Positions 35,748 to 44,325 of a stretch of 64,000 nucleotides of DNA are shown piece after piece. The notes beneath the pieces were generated by a model. That model made no database searches and was not told the origin of the DNA. It saw only the letters and a list, made by a program, of their open reading frames with translations. Source of the DNA: Bacteroidia bacterium (GTDB taxonomy: Bacteria; Bacteroidota; Bacteroidia; AKYH767-A; OLB10); NCBI GenBank assembly GCA_038320345.1, contig JBBQED010000001.1, forward strand, positions 194,357-258,356, given 5' to 3'. A program made the position numbers and the translations under genes. How positions within the stretch are numbered: position 1 is the first letter of the stretch; each line of letters starts with the position of its first letter.

Positions 35748-38700
35748 TCATTTCCAATCCGGCCACCTTCCGGGCGTATATGGCGCGTTATTTATTTCTA
35801 ATTCTTTTTCAAGACTGATAATGGCGGCGTCTGTACTTTTCAATTCAGTTAATACTGAAGTAAATTGTTTCGCAGCTATATCATAACTATCGGTATAAAT
35901 TTTAGGAATAATAGAAGTGACATTCCAAACACTCCCCTGTATCCCATTAATGCGATCATTGATAGAAGTATTCGATTCGAATTCTCTCTTGCTTTTAGCA
36001 ACATCTCCAGTGAGCCGAATGTTTATGGAAAGTAATTGCTTTGAAATCGCTCTTGCTTTTTCCAACATAGCTTTGCCAGGTGCCTGCATATCCTGAATAG
36101 CCAAATTAATGTTCTTCAGTCGCTGATTCATCGTTGATGCTAAATCATTAGCCGCACTTACGGCTTTCAACAAATCAGATGCTTTTTGATAGAAGGCATC
36201 ATTGGAGGCAAGATTTGTGGGCAGAGTAGAGTTCTCCAACTGTTTACAAACAAAATTTACAGGACTTGTAAGTTCGGTGATGATACCATCATCGTACTTC
36301 GACAGCGTTACAGAATATGTTCCCGGTAAAACACGATATCCTAATTCTTCTTCAGAAAACAACTGATCTTCTTCGGGTACCGGACGATTATTTACCGGAG
36401 CTGGAGAGGGGTAACGGAAGTCCCATGTTATTCTCTGTAATCCTTTTTTTGCTGGTGCTTTAAGGTTACGTACCACATTTCCTGTTTGGTCTTTTATGGT
36501 AAATAAAAGATAGGGATCGGGCTGATTATCTTCTAGCCTTAGGCTGTCGATGGAAGGGTAATAAATGGTTACTTTTTTATCTACACCTGCCTTTTCATTC
36601 TCTTTACGTTTGTCTTTTATTTTTTTAACATCTTCTTTCAAAAAATAAGTGAACACAGCACCAGGAGCCGGATTTTTAGCAGCATAATAACTACTTCCCA
36701 TATGTCCAGTATTCCTTAACCCAAGTGGTGAACTCTGCACATATATCAAACTTTCCTTTATCGGAAATAATATGGCTTGCTTATCAAGATCTGCTTTTTT
36801 AAATGTTCTGAGCACCGAATAATCATCAAGCACATAAAATCCTCTTCCAAAAGTTGCGAGCACCAAATCATTTTCACGTCTTTGAATTTCAATATCCCGC
36901 ACTGCAACAGTGGGTAATCCGGATTTTAATTGAATCCATTTCTGACCTCCGTTATTGGAGAAGTACAAACCGAATTCGGTTCCTACAAATAATAATTGGG
37001 AGTCAACATGATCTTCTGCAATAGCATATACACTTCCTCTAACAGGTAAATTCGATTGAATAGCCGTCCATGTTTTACCTGCATCGGTGGTTTTTAAAAG
37101 ATAAGGTTTGAAATCTCCATATCGATGATGATTAAAACATACATAAGCAGTATTCTTATCATGTTGGGAAGAAATGATCTGATGTACATAACTCTGTGCT
37201 GGTACACCTGGCAGATTATCCATTTTCGTCCAACTCTTTCCGCCATCAGTAGTGAGCTGAATCAGTCCATCATCGGTCCCTACCCAAATCATATCTGGAT
37301 CAAATTTACTCTCTGCAATAGTGGTTAACTGTCCGTAGATATCGGTACTTCCATTTTTGGCAATAGCATCTACTGACCAAACTCTTCCCATGATCTCTAA
37401 TTTATTACGATCGATTTGTCGGGTGAGATCAGGACTGATTGCCGTCCATGAGTTACCTCTGTCATCGGTTTTAAATAATTTATTTGCTCCAAAATACAAA
37501 CGTGTATTGGAATGCTGACTAATCAACAAAGGTGCATCCCAGTTCCAACGCAGTGCTTCTTCTCCTTCACCTTCAATCGGCTTAATTGGCAAAAACTCTC
37601 CGCTCTTATGATCAAACCGGTTTAATCCTCCATACTGACTTTGAGCATAAATAAGATCTGGATTACTTTGGTCAACTTGTGTTTCAAATCCATCTCCTGT
37701 AGAAGTCACATACCAATCTGAATTCGCAATCCCATTCATCGAAACAGAACGTGAAGGTCCGCCTAAACTAAAATTATCTTGCGTACCTCCGTGAACGTTA
37801 TAGAACGGATAGGCATTATCGGTAGTCACTTTATAGAATTGAGTCACTGGCAAATTAGCTTTAAAGTCCCACGATTTTGCAAAGTCGTACGTTTCATAAA
37901 CACCTCCGTCACATCCTACCAATAAGTGATTTACATCTGAAGGGTCAATCCATATCGCATGATTATCCACATGCTTATTAATCTCTCCCAGATTGACAAC
38001 AGTCTTACCTCCATCGGTACTCAATTTAAAATAAGTGTCGGTAATAAAAATTTTATTTACGTCTTTGGGATCGCAAACAATTTCTTGATAGTAATTTCCA
38101 GCGGAAAAATAAGGTCCTCTTTTTTCCCAACTAGCTCCTTTATCATTTGAACGGTAAATTCCACCTTTATCATCTTTCGCTTCCACTACGGAATACAACA
38201 CATCAGGATTCACACTACTGATCGCTAAACCCATTCTTCCAATATCTCCTGAAGGTAATCCACCTTCAAGTTTTTTCCAGGTACTTCCACCATCTACTGA
38301 TTTATAAATTGCGGATTCTGGTCCTCCACCGATATATGTAAATACTTTGCGCATACGCTGATGAAAAGCGGCATATAAAATTTTGGGATTGCGAGGATCC
38401 ATCACCAAATCATTGCATCCGGTATACGCACTCACTGATTTTACGCAAGTCCAAGTAGACCCACCATCTGTTGTTTTGTATACTCCGCGCTCTCCACCTT
38501 CACTCCAAACGGGACCATACGCGGCAACATAAACAGTATTAGGATCACTCGGATCTACCAGCACTTTTGCAATGTGCTCTGATGATTTTAATCCCATATT
38601 TTTCCAGCTCTTTCCTCCATCTTCACTCTTGTAAACACCATCGCCATAAGAAACTGAACGTTGGTTATTATTTTCTCCAGAACCTACCCAAACAATATTT

Positions 38701-39020
38701 GAATTCGTTGGATCTAAGGAGATGCAACCAATAGAATAGGATCCTTGTCCGTCAAATACGGGGAGATAGGTTACTCCGCGATTGGTAGTTTTCCAAACAC
38801 CACCTGCAGCACTTGCTACATAGTATTCACTGCTATTCTGTGGATTCACAGCAAAATCAGAGATCCTACCGGAGGTCACTGCCGGACCAATGCTACGGAA
38901 TTTAAGGCTGTTAAACATGTCGGTATTGAACAAACTTGCACTGTCGGGATCTGTCTTTTTCTGACAGAATGCATGATATGCGCTCAATAATACCACAAGC
39001 ATTAGGATGCTTTTTTTCAT
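35748..39020 (-). CDS. VPS10/sortilin-type BNR (Asp-box) repeat beta-propeller protein, secreted
   Basis: A signal peptide is present. Nine Asp-box-like motifs occur (SEDGGKSW, TTDGGSTW, SVDGGSTW, SNDKGASW, STDGGKTV, TDDRGNSW, TTDGGKSW, TTDAGKTW, SNNGGQKW). The N-terminus is 'FRSIGPAVTSGRISDFAVNP'. Confidence 0.8.
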   Translation of the reverse strand: MKKSILMLVVLLSAYHAFCQKKTDPDSASLFNTDMFNSLKFRSIGPAVTSGRISDFAVNPQNSSEYYVASAAGGVWKTTNRGVTYLPVFDGQGSYSIGCISLDPTNSNIVWVGSGENNNQRSVSYGDGVYKSEDGGKSWKNMGLKSSEHIAKVLVDPSDPNTVYVAAYGPVWSEGGERGVYKTTDGGSTWTCVKSVSAYTGCNDLVMDPRNPKILYAAFHQRMRKVFTYIGGGPESAIYKSVDGGSTWKKLEGGLPSGDIGRMGLAISSVNPDVLYSVVEAKDDKGGIYRSNDKGASWEKRGPYFSAGNYYQEIVCDPKDVNKIFITDTYFKLSTDGGKTVVNLGEINKHVDNHAIWIDPSDVNHLLVGCDGGVYETYDFAKSWDFKANLPVTQFYKVTTDNAYPFYNVHGGTQDNFSLGGPSRSVSMNGIANSDWYVTSTGDGFETQVDQSNPDLIYAQSQYGGLNRFDHKSGEFLPIKPIEGEGEEALRWNWDAPLLISQHSNTRLYFGANKLFKTDDRGNSWTAISPDLTRQIDRNKLEIMGRVWSVDAIAKNGSTDIYGQLTTIAESKFDPDMIWVGTDDGLIQLTTDGGKSWTKMDNLPGVPAQSYVHQIISSQHDKNTAYVCFNHHRYGDFKPYLLKTTDAGKTWTAIQSNLPVRGSVYAIAEDHVDSQLLFVGTEFGLYFSNNGGQKWIQLKSGLPTVAVRDIEIQRRENDLVLATFGRGFYVLDDYSVLRTFKKADLDKQAILFPIKESLIYVQSSPLGLRNTGHMGSSYYAAKNPAPGAVFTYFLKEDVKKIKDKRKENEKAGVDKKVTIYYPSIDSLRLEDNQPDPYLLFTIKDQTGNVVRNLKAPAKKGLQRITWDFRYPSPAPVNNRPVPEEDQLFSEEELGYRVLPGTYSVTLSKYDDGIITELTSPVNFVCKQLENSTLPTNLASNDAFYQKASDLLKAVSAANDLASTMNQRLKNINLAIQDMQAPGKAMLEKARAISKQLLSINIRLTGDVAKSKREFESNTSINDRINGIQGSVWNVTSIIPKIYTDSYDIAAKQFTSVLTELKSTDAAIISLEKELEINNAPYTPGRWPDWK

Positions 39021-39311
39021 AAACGGGAAGGATAATTGGAACTATTATTAATCAATTTTAGAGGCCAGTAATGCTTACGAACCTAGTCGTAATATCTTTA
39101 AATTCAAATTTAAAATACGATAATTAGACAAAACCACACTTTTGATGGGATCAACTGCCAAAAGCTAGGTACTACTGAAGATGGATTCTATTCGATTATC
39201 TCAAGTCGGATACCCTTTTTCTTTTCTTTGAGTCGTGATTCTGCCCAATGTTATGGAATTGTTTATTTTGCGTTAACTTTACCCTAACAACTCCCAAAAC
39301 AGATCTGAACA

Positions 39312-41849
39312 ATGAATTCTTTAAAAACTACTATATTCCTCTTCATTTTACTCTCGTTTTCCTCTACTCAGAAGCTGTATTCTCAAGTGGTAATCAACGA
39401 GTATTCCTGTAGTAACCTCACACAATTTGCCGACAATTACGGAGACTATGGTGACTGGTTTGAATTATACAATACTTCAGCTTCAAATATGAGCATTGGA
39501 GGATATTACCTCAGCGACGACTCTCTCAATAATCTCAAGTGGATGATTCCTCCTACGGTAAACATACCTGCAAACGGCTTCCTTCGCTTCTGGGCTTCAG
39601 GCAGAAATATCGCAGTGGGTACCTCTTATCATACCAATTTTAAACTAACGCAAACCAAAAATTCAGCAGAAGTGCTTGTGTTGACCGATCCAGGTGGAAC
39701 TATCGTGGATTATAAAAAAATCAACCATAAAACTCAACTGGGCCACTCCTACGGAAGAACGCTCAATGGAGCAGCTTTCTGGAGTTATTTTACAACGCCA
39801 ACACCCAATTCTAGCAATAACACCTCCAACCCTTATGATGATTATGCGGATCGCCCCGACTACAGTGCAGTAGCTGGATTTTATCCTGCCGCAACTACTG
39901 TAGCTATTACAACTACTGAACTAAATGCCGATATTCATTATACACTAGACGGAACTATACCGACCGTATCCTCTCCTATTTACACCACCCCACTTACGAT
40001 TTCTTCAACTAGTGTTTTGAAAGCCATCACCATGAGTGCTGACCCGTTAATTCTACCTAGCTTCATGGAATATGCAACGTTTTTCATCAATGTGTCTCAT
40101 ACTATGCCGGTTGTTTCCATTGCTGGAACTCAATTGAACACTCTTGCAAATGGATCTGGTTCTCTTGAACCAAAAGGCTCTTTCGAATTGTTTGATGTTA
40201 ATCAACAACGTGTAGCGCATACTTACGGTGAATTTAATCGTCACGGACAAGATTCTTGGGTAAATAGTCAGCGGAGTCTGGATTTTATTTCAAGAGATGA
40301 AATGGGATATAATCACAGTGTAGAAGATAAAATTTTTTCTTCCTCAACTCGTGAAAACTTCCAGCGACTCGTTTTAAGAGCTGCCGGTGATGATAATTAT
40401 CCTGCCGATCATCATTCAGCTAATGCCGGTAGTGCTCATATCCGTGATGCCTATGTGCATAATCTTGCCATCGAGGGCGGAATGGATCTGGATGTTAGAA
40501 GAGCAGAGAAATGTGTGGTATACCTCAATGGAAATTATTGGGGCGTTTATGATATCCGAGAAAATCCAGATGATCATGACTTCACTAATTATTATTATGG
40601 TCAGGACAAATTTAATATTCAATACATTGAAACATGGGGTAATACTTGGGCACAATATGGAGGACAGGCTTCCATCAACGACTGGAACACGCTGTATAAT
40701 TTCGCCATGAATAATAATTTAAACTTTCCGTCAAATTATCAGTATGTCACAGATCGCCTCGATGTAAATAGTCTAGCCGATTATGTTATTGCCAATGCAT
40801 TCTCTGTTTGCTCAGATTGGTTAAATTATAATACAGGATGGTGGAGAGGACTTGATAGTACCGGCACTCACTTAAAATGGGGGTATATCCTTTGGGATAA
40901 TGATGCAACTTTTGGACATTATATCAATTATACTGGGATTCCAGATACAACAGCAATGGCAGAGCCTTGCGATCCAGAAGGATTAACAGGTGGGTCCGAT
41001 CCAGAAGGACATATAGCCTTGCTGAATAAGCTGCGTACAAATCCTACGTTTAACCAATATTATATCGGACGACAAATTGATTTGTGGAATACAGTTTTTA
41101 GTTGTGATAATATGCTAACAAAGTTGGATAGTATAATCGCGGTTCTGGATCCGGAAATGACAATGCATGCTTTAAGATGGAATGGAACTTATTCAGAATG
41201 GTATGCAAATGCTCAGTACTTAAGAACATTTATTCAGACAAGATGTACAAATCTAAGCGGTGGTTTTATTAGTTGTTACAACCTTACAGGACCTTACCAA
41301 CTAACATTGAATACAGATCCTATAGGTGCAGGAACGGTTCAGTTAAATTCGTTAACACTTAATCAATTCCCCTGGACGGGAACTTATTTTGGTGGAATGA
41401 CTACTAAATTAAAAGTGAATCCAAATGCGAATTATTCGTTCACAAACTGGTCATCAACTTCACAGGTATTTACTCCTGGAAATACAGCGCTCAACGTTGA
41501 CTTTACACTCGGTGCAAATGATTCAATAATTGCTCATTTCCTCACTACTACTTCTGTTGTAGAAGTTGATGGGAAGACTCCTAACTTAAATGTTTACCCA
41601 ACGCTGTTCAGTGATGAAGCAACTATTGATTTTAACCTTCCGGAAGCTGCTACAGTATCCATCAATTTGTATTCGTTAACAGGCGCACAGGTAATACAAC
41701 TGCAAGCTCCTGAAACTAAGCTTCAAGCAGGTAAGTACGGAATGAAAATAAATTTAGCCGGTACTACTATTCCTGCAGGAATCTATCTACTGAACTTTAG
41801 GGCCGGTAGCTTTAGCAGAAGTATAAAGCTCATTTATACTGCTCAATAA
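39312..41849 (+). CDS. CotH-family kinase-like protein with lamin-tail (LTD) and chitobiase-like domains and a T9SS type A C-terminal sorting domain
   Basis: After the signal peptide, the LTD region is 'VVINEYSCSN...GDWFELYNTSASNMSIGGYYLSDD'. The chitobiase-like segment is 'IHYTLDGTIPTVSSPIYTTPL'. The CotH core is 'LVLRAAGDDN...IRDAYVHNLA...VVYLNGNYWGVYDIRENPD' with 'WDNDATFGH'. The C-terminus is 'VYPTLFSDEATIDF...INLYSLTGAQV...GIYLLNF'. Confidence 0.85.
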   Translation: MNSLKTTIFLFILLSFSSTQKLYSQVVINEYSCSNLTQFADNYGDYGDWFELYNTSASNMSIGGYYLSDDSLNNLKWMIPPTVNIPANGFLRFWASGRNIAVGTSYHTNFKLTQTKNSAEVLVLTDPGGTIVDYKKINHKTQLGHSYGRTLNGAAFWSYFTTPTPNSSNNTSNPYDDYADRPDYSAVAGFYPAATTVAITTTELNADIHYTLDGTIPTVSSPIYTTPLTISSTSVLKAITMSADPLILPSFMEYATFFINVSHTMPVVSIAGTQLNTLANGSGSLEPKGSFELFDVNQQRVAHTYGEFNRHGQDSWVNSQRSLDFISRDEMGYNHSVEDKIFSSSTRENFQRLVLRAAGDDNYPADHHSANAGSAHIRDAYVHNLAIEGGMDLDVRRAEKCVVYLNGNYWGVYDIRENPDDHDFTNYYYGQDKFNIQYIETWGNTWAQYGGQASINDWNTLYNFAMNNNLNFPSNYQYVTDRLDVNSLADYVIANAFSVCSDWLNYNTGWWRGLDSTGTHLKWGYILWDNDATFGHYINYTGIPDTTAMAEPCDPEGLTGGSDPEGHIALLNKLRTNPTFNQYYIGRQIDLWNTVFSCDNMLTKLDSIIAVLDPEMTMHALRWNGTYSEWYANAQYLRTFIQTRCTNLSGGFISCYNLTGPYQLTLNTDPIGAGTVQLNSLTLNQFPWTGTYFGGMTTKLKVNPNANYSFTNWSSTSQVFTPGNTALNVDFTLGANDSIIAHFLTTTSVVEVDGKTPNLNVYPTLFSDEATIDFNLPEAATVSINLYSLTGAQVIQLQAPETKLQAGKYGMKINLAGTTIPAGIYLLNFRAGSFSRSIKLIYTAQ

Positions 41850-41952
41850 ACATCTTATTTTTAGTAAACTATTCTGCCGTGGAAACGTATAAACTCGTTA
41901 ACGCAAGTACCGGCAGGGTTCAGTATGTAATTAACTTGTCGCTATCGTATCC

Positions 41953-42342
41953 ATGAATAAATTAACCATTATACTTCTTGCAGCAATCGTTGTGATGAGT
42001 TCTTGTAAAAAAGGGCCGGGTCAAGGAGGCACTGCCACTATTAAAGGGAATGTTCATACTACCGACTACAATTCCACCCTACTGATCATTCAAGGAGAAT
42101 ATCCCTCAGCCGATCAAGATGTGTATATCATTTATGGAAATGATATTACTTACGGAGATCGTGCTAAATCAGGACCGGACGGAAACTATGAATTTAAATA
42201 CTTAAGAGAGGGTGATTACAAGATCTATGTGTACTCCGATGATACTACATTGTCCGGTAAAATTGCAGTATATACCAATGTAGAAATCACGAAGAAAAAG
42301 CAAACTGTATTTGCAGATACTCTCCAAATTAAAAAGAATTAA
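41953..42342 (+). CDS. small lipoprotein with carboxypeptidase-regulatory-like beta-sandwich
   Basis: The lipobox-like signal is 'AAIVVMSSC'. 'GTATIKGNV...GPDGNYEFKYLREGDYKIYVYS' resembles the CarboxypepD_reg fold. Confidence 0.55.
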   Translation: MNKLTIILLAAIVVMSSCKKGPGQGGTATIKGNVHTTDYNSTLLIIQGEYPSADQDVYIIYGNDITYGDRAKSGPDGNYEFKYLREGDYKIYVYSDDTTLSGKIAVYTNVEITKKKQTVFADTLQIKKN

Positions 42343-42944
42343 TGACTTTCAAAATGCAACTCTGCTTAACAAAATGGAAGTGTTTCTTCCTTTTCCTTTT
42401 ACTCCTTAATTCAATTTCCAACGCACAGAGTAAAAAAGAAATTAAAAAGTATAAGATCTCCTCCACAACAGAAACCCTAACAGAATGGGTCGCAGGAAAA
42501 GAAGTTAGTAGGACAGAGCTCTCTGAAATTTACGATAATAATGGAAATGTAATTGAAAGTACAGAATATAATAAGGATGGCTCTTTTAAGAAAAAAGAAT
42601 CTAGAAAATACAATAAATCAGGTGAGATTACTGAAGAGGTTAAATATTCCGAACGCGGGACAATCATCAGCAAAACCATTTATTCCTATAACGCTAATAA
42701 TGATAAAGTAACCGAACAAACTTTCGATGTAAACGGTAAACTGGTAGAATGGATAAAATATGGCTATGATTCCTTGAATCAGAAAATTTTTGAATTACAG
42801 CTTGATGAACAAGGAAAAGTGCTTAAAAAGTCGATGTATACCTACACTAAAAATGGCTTGCGAAAAGAAAAGAAAACTTACAATGGCAAGGAGGAATTGA
42901 TTTCCGTAAAAAAATATATGTACAACTCTTCCTCTGAAGATTAA
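42342..42944 (+). CDS. secreted Lys/Glu-rich protein made of short YD/MORN-like repeats
   Basis: A signal peptide ends in 'SISNAQ'. A periodicity of about 22-25 aa appears in 'IYDNNGNVIESTEYNKDGS', 'YSYNANNDKVTEQTFDVNGKL', 'YGYDSLNQKIFELQLDEQGKV' and 'YTYTKNGLRKEKKTYNGKEEL'. Its ATG overlaps the upstream stop (TAATG). Confidence 0.45.
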   Translation: MTFKMQLCLTKWKCFFLFLLLLNSISNAQSKKEIKKYKISSTTETLTEWVAGKEVSRTELSEIYDNNGNVIESTEYNKDGSFKKKESRKYNKSGEITEEVKYSERGTIISKTIYSYNANNDKVTEQTFDVNGKLVEWIKYGYDSLNQKIFELQLDEQGKVLKKSMYTYTKNGLRKEKKTYNGKEELISVKKYMYNSSSED

Positions 42945-42965
42945 CCGGAATTTACCCGGATAACC

Positions 42966-43730
42966 ATGGAAAATATCGATCAACACTTACGTAATTTTAT
43001 TACAGTAAATCTTTTGGATCTCGAAAAGGCGGCTCTTCTCGATAGGATTGATACGAAGTATGTTTTCAATCATACCCAACTTCCAAGCTTTCTTGAGCAG
43101 CTCAAAGACCATTATTTTGTGCTTGAAATCGATGATAAAAGAATGTTTCATTATGAATCCCTTTACTTCGACACTGATGATCTAGCTCTTTATAATTTAC
43201 ATTACTGCGGACGTCTGAACAGATATAAGATTCGCTTTCGTAGATATGTAGAATCGAATCTGAGTTTTTTTGAAATTAAATTCAAAAACAATAAAGGGAG
43301 AACAATTAAAAGTAGAATTAGTCAGTCGCCCGATGATATCATTAAAGGAGATGCCTTAAGTTTGCTCTCCGAAAAAACTCCCTTTACTCAAAAACACCTG
43401 AAAGCAACTATCTGGGTGAATTATATCCGAATTACCTTGGTGAGTAAAGATTTCAGTGAACGATTGACGCTCGATCTCGACCTTACTTTTAAAAATAGCA
43501 GTAAGGAAAAACAGATAGAAAATTTGGTGATCGCTGAGTTAAAACAAGGGAAATTAGGGTATTCTTTTTTTGGAAATCTGATGAAAGTAAACCGTATCAA
43601 ACAAGGCTCATTGAGTAAATACTGTTACGGCATTACCAATCTTTACAAAGAAGTACGATCCAATAATTTCAAAGAACAAATTGCTCTCTTAAATAAAATC
43701 CTACATGCTCCTACTCCAGAGTCTAAATAG
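42966..43730 (+). CDS. VTC-domain protein (polyphosphate polymerase catalytic tunnel, triphosphate tunnel metalloenzyme fold)
   Basis: There is no signal peptide. The motifs 'RIDTKYVF', 'SLYFDTDDLALY', 'YKIRFRRY', 'FFEIKFKNNKG', 'VIAELKQ' and 'LSKYCYG' follow the pattern I associate with bacterial VTC-domain proteins and yeast Vtc4. Confidence 0.75.
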   Translation: MENIDQHLRNFITVNLLDLEKAALLDRIDTKYVFNHTQLPSFLEQLKDHYFVLEIDDKRMFHYESLYFDTDDLALYNLHYCGRLNRYKIRFRRYVESNLSFFEIKFKNNKGRTIKSRISQSPDDIIKGDALSLLSEKTPFTQKHLKATIWVNYIRITLVSKDFSERLTLDLDLTFKNSSKEKQIENLVIAELKQGKLGYSFFGNLMKVNRIKQGSLSKYCYGITNLYKEVRSNNFKEQIALLNKILHAPTPESK

Positions 43731-44325
43731 TGAATCAGCAGAAACAGCGCTCACGCTGTTCGATAAATTATCTCCTAAATTCTTTATCCGACTTACCGTT
43801 GATATGGTGGCGGTTTTTATACTTATTCGCTTTGTTTATTTCCCGATCTATAGAAGCCGTGAAAATATCTTTACCTTTTATATTTTTAACCTGATCATCT
43901 TCATGATTACTTTTCTGCTCAATAAAGTAGAAATGAGTATGGGGGCTGCCTTCGGTTTATTTGCCGTGTTCTCTATGCTGAGGTATCGGACAGAAGATAT
44001 TTCCATTAAAGACATGACCTATCTCTTCCTCGTTATAGCGATGGGACTTATCAATGCCGTTAGTAAAGGGAGTTGGGATGAGCTGACGCTTCTCTGTGGT
44101 ATTATTGTTCTCGTTACGTATTTACTGGAGAGTAAAGTGCTGATGAAAAAAGAAGTAGTGAAAATCGTTATGTATGAAAATATAGAATTCATAAAGCCAG
44201 AAAACAAAGCTTTACTCATCGCTGATCTGGAAAATAGAATGGGAGTAAAAATTAATCAAGTCACCATCGGAAAAGTAGATTTCCTCAGAGATGCCGCTCA
44301 GTTGCATGTCTTTTATTATGAATAA
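43705..44325 (+). CDS. DUF4956-like polytopic membrane protein
   Basis: It has 4-5 helices (VAVFILIRFVYFPIY, IFTFYIFNLIIFMITFLL, GAAFGLFAVFSMLRY, YLFLVIAMGLINAV, LTLLCGIIVLVTYLL), the motif 'MLRYRTEDIS', and a soluble tail of about 60 aa. It overlaps the VTC ORF by 26 nt; an alternative ATG is at 43804. Confidence 0.6.
   Translation: MLLLQSLNSESAETALTLFDKLSPKFFIRLTVDMVAVFILIRFVYFPIYRSRENIFTFYIFNLIIFMITFLLNKVEMSMGAAFGLFAVFSMLRYRTEDISIKDMTYLFLVIAMGLINAVSKGSWDELTLLCGIIVLVTYLLESKVLMKKEVVKIVMYENIEFIKPENKALLIADLENRMGVKINQVTIGKVDFLRDAAQLHVFYYE

Noticed and set aside
40387-40710. A 107-aa alternative-frame ORF and a 79-aa antisense ORF lie inside the CotH gene.
   Set aside because: Both are embedded in the best-conserved part of the CotH core, and their translations are Ile/Met-rich noise.
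42342-42944. The MORN/YwqK-like repeats could indicate an antitoxin of a toxin-antitoxin pair.
   Set aside because: The protein has an N-terminal signal peptide and no adjacent toxin-like gene. An exported structural or binding role fits better.
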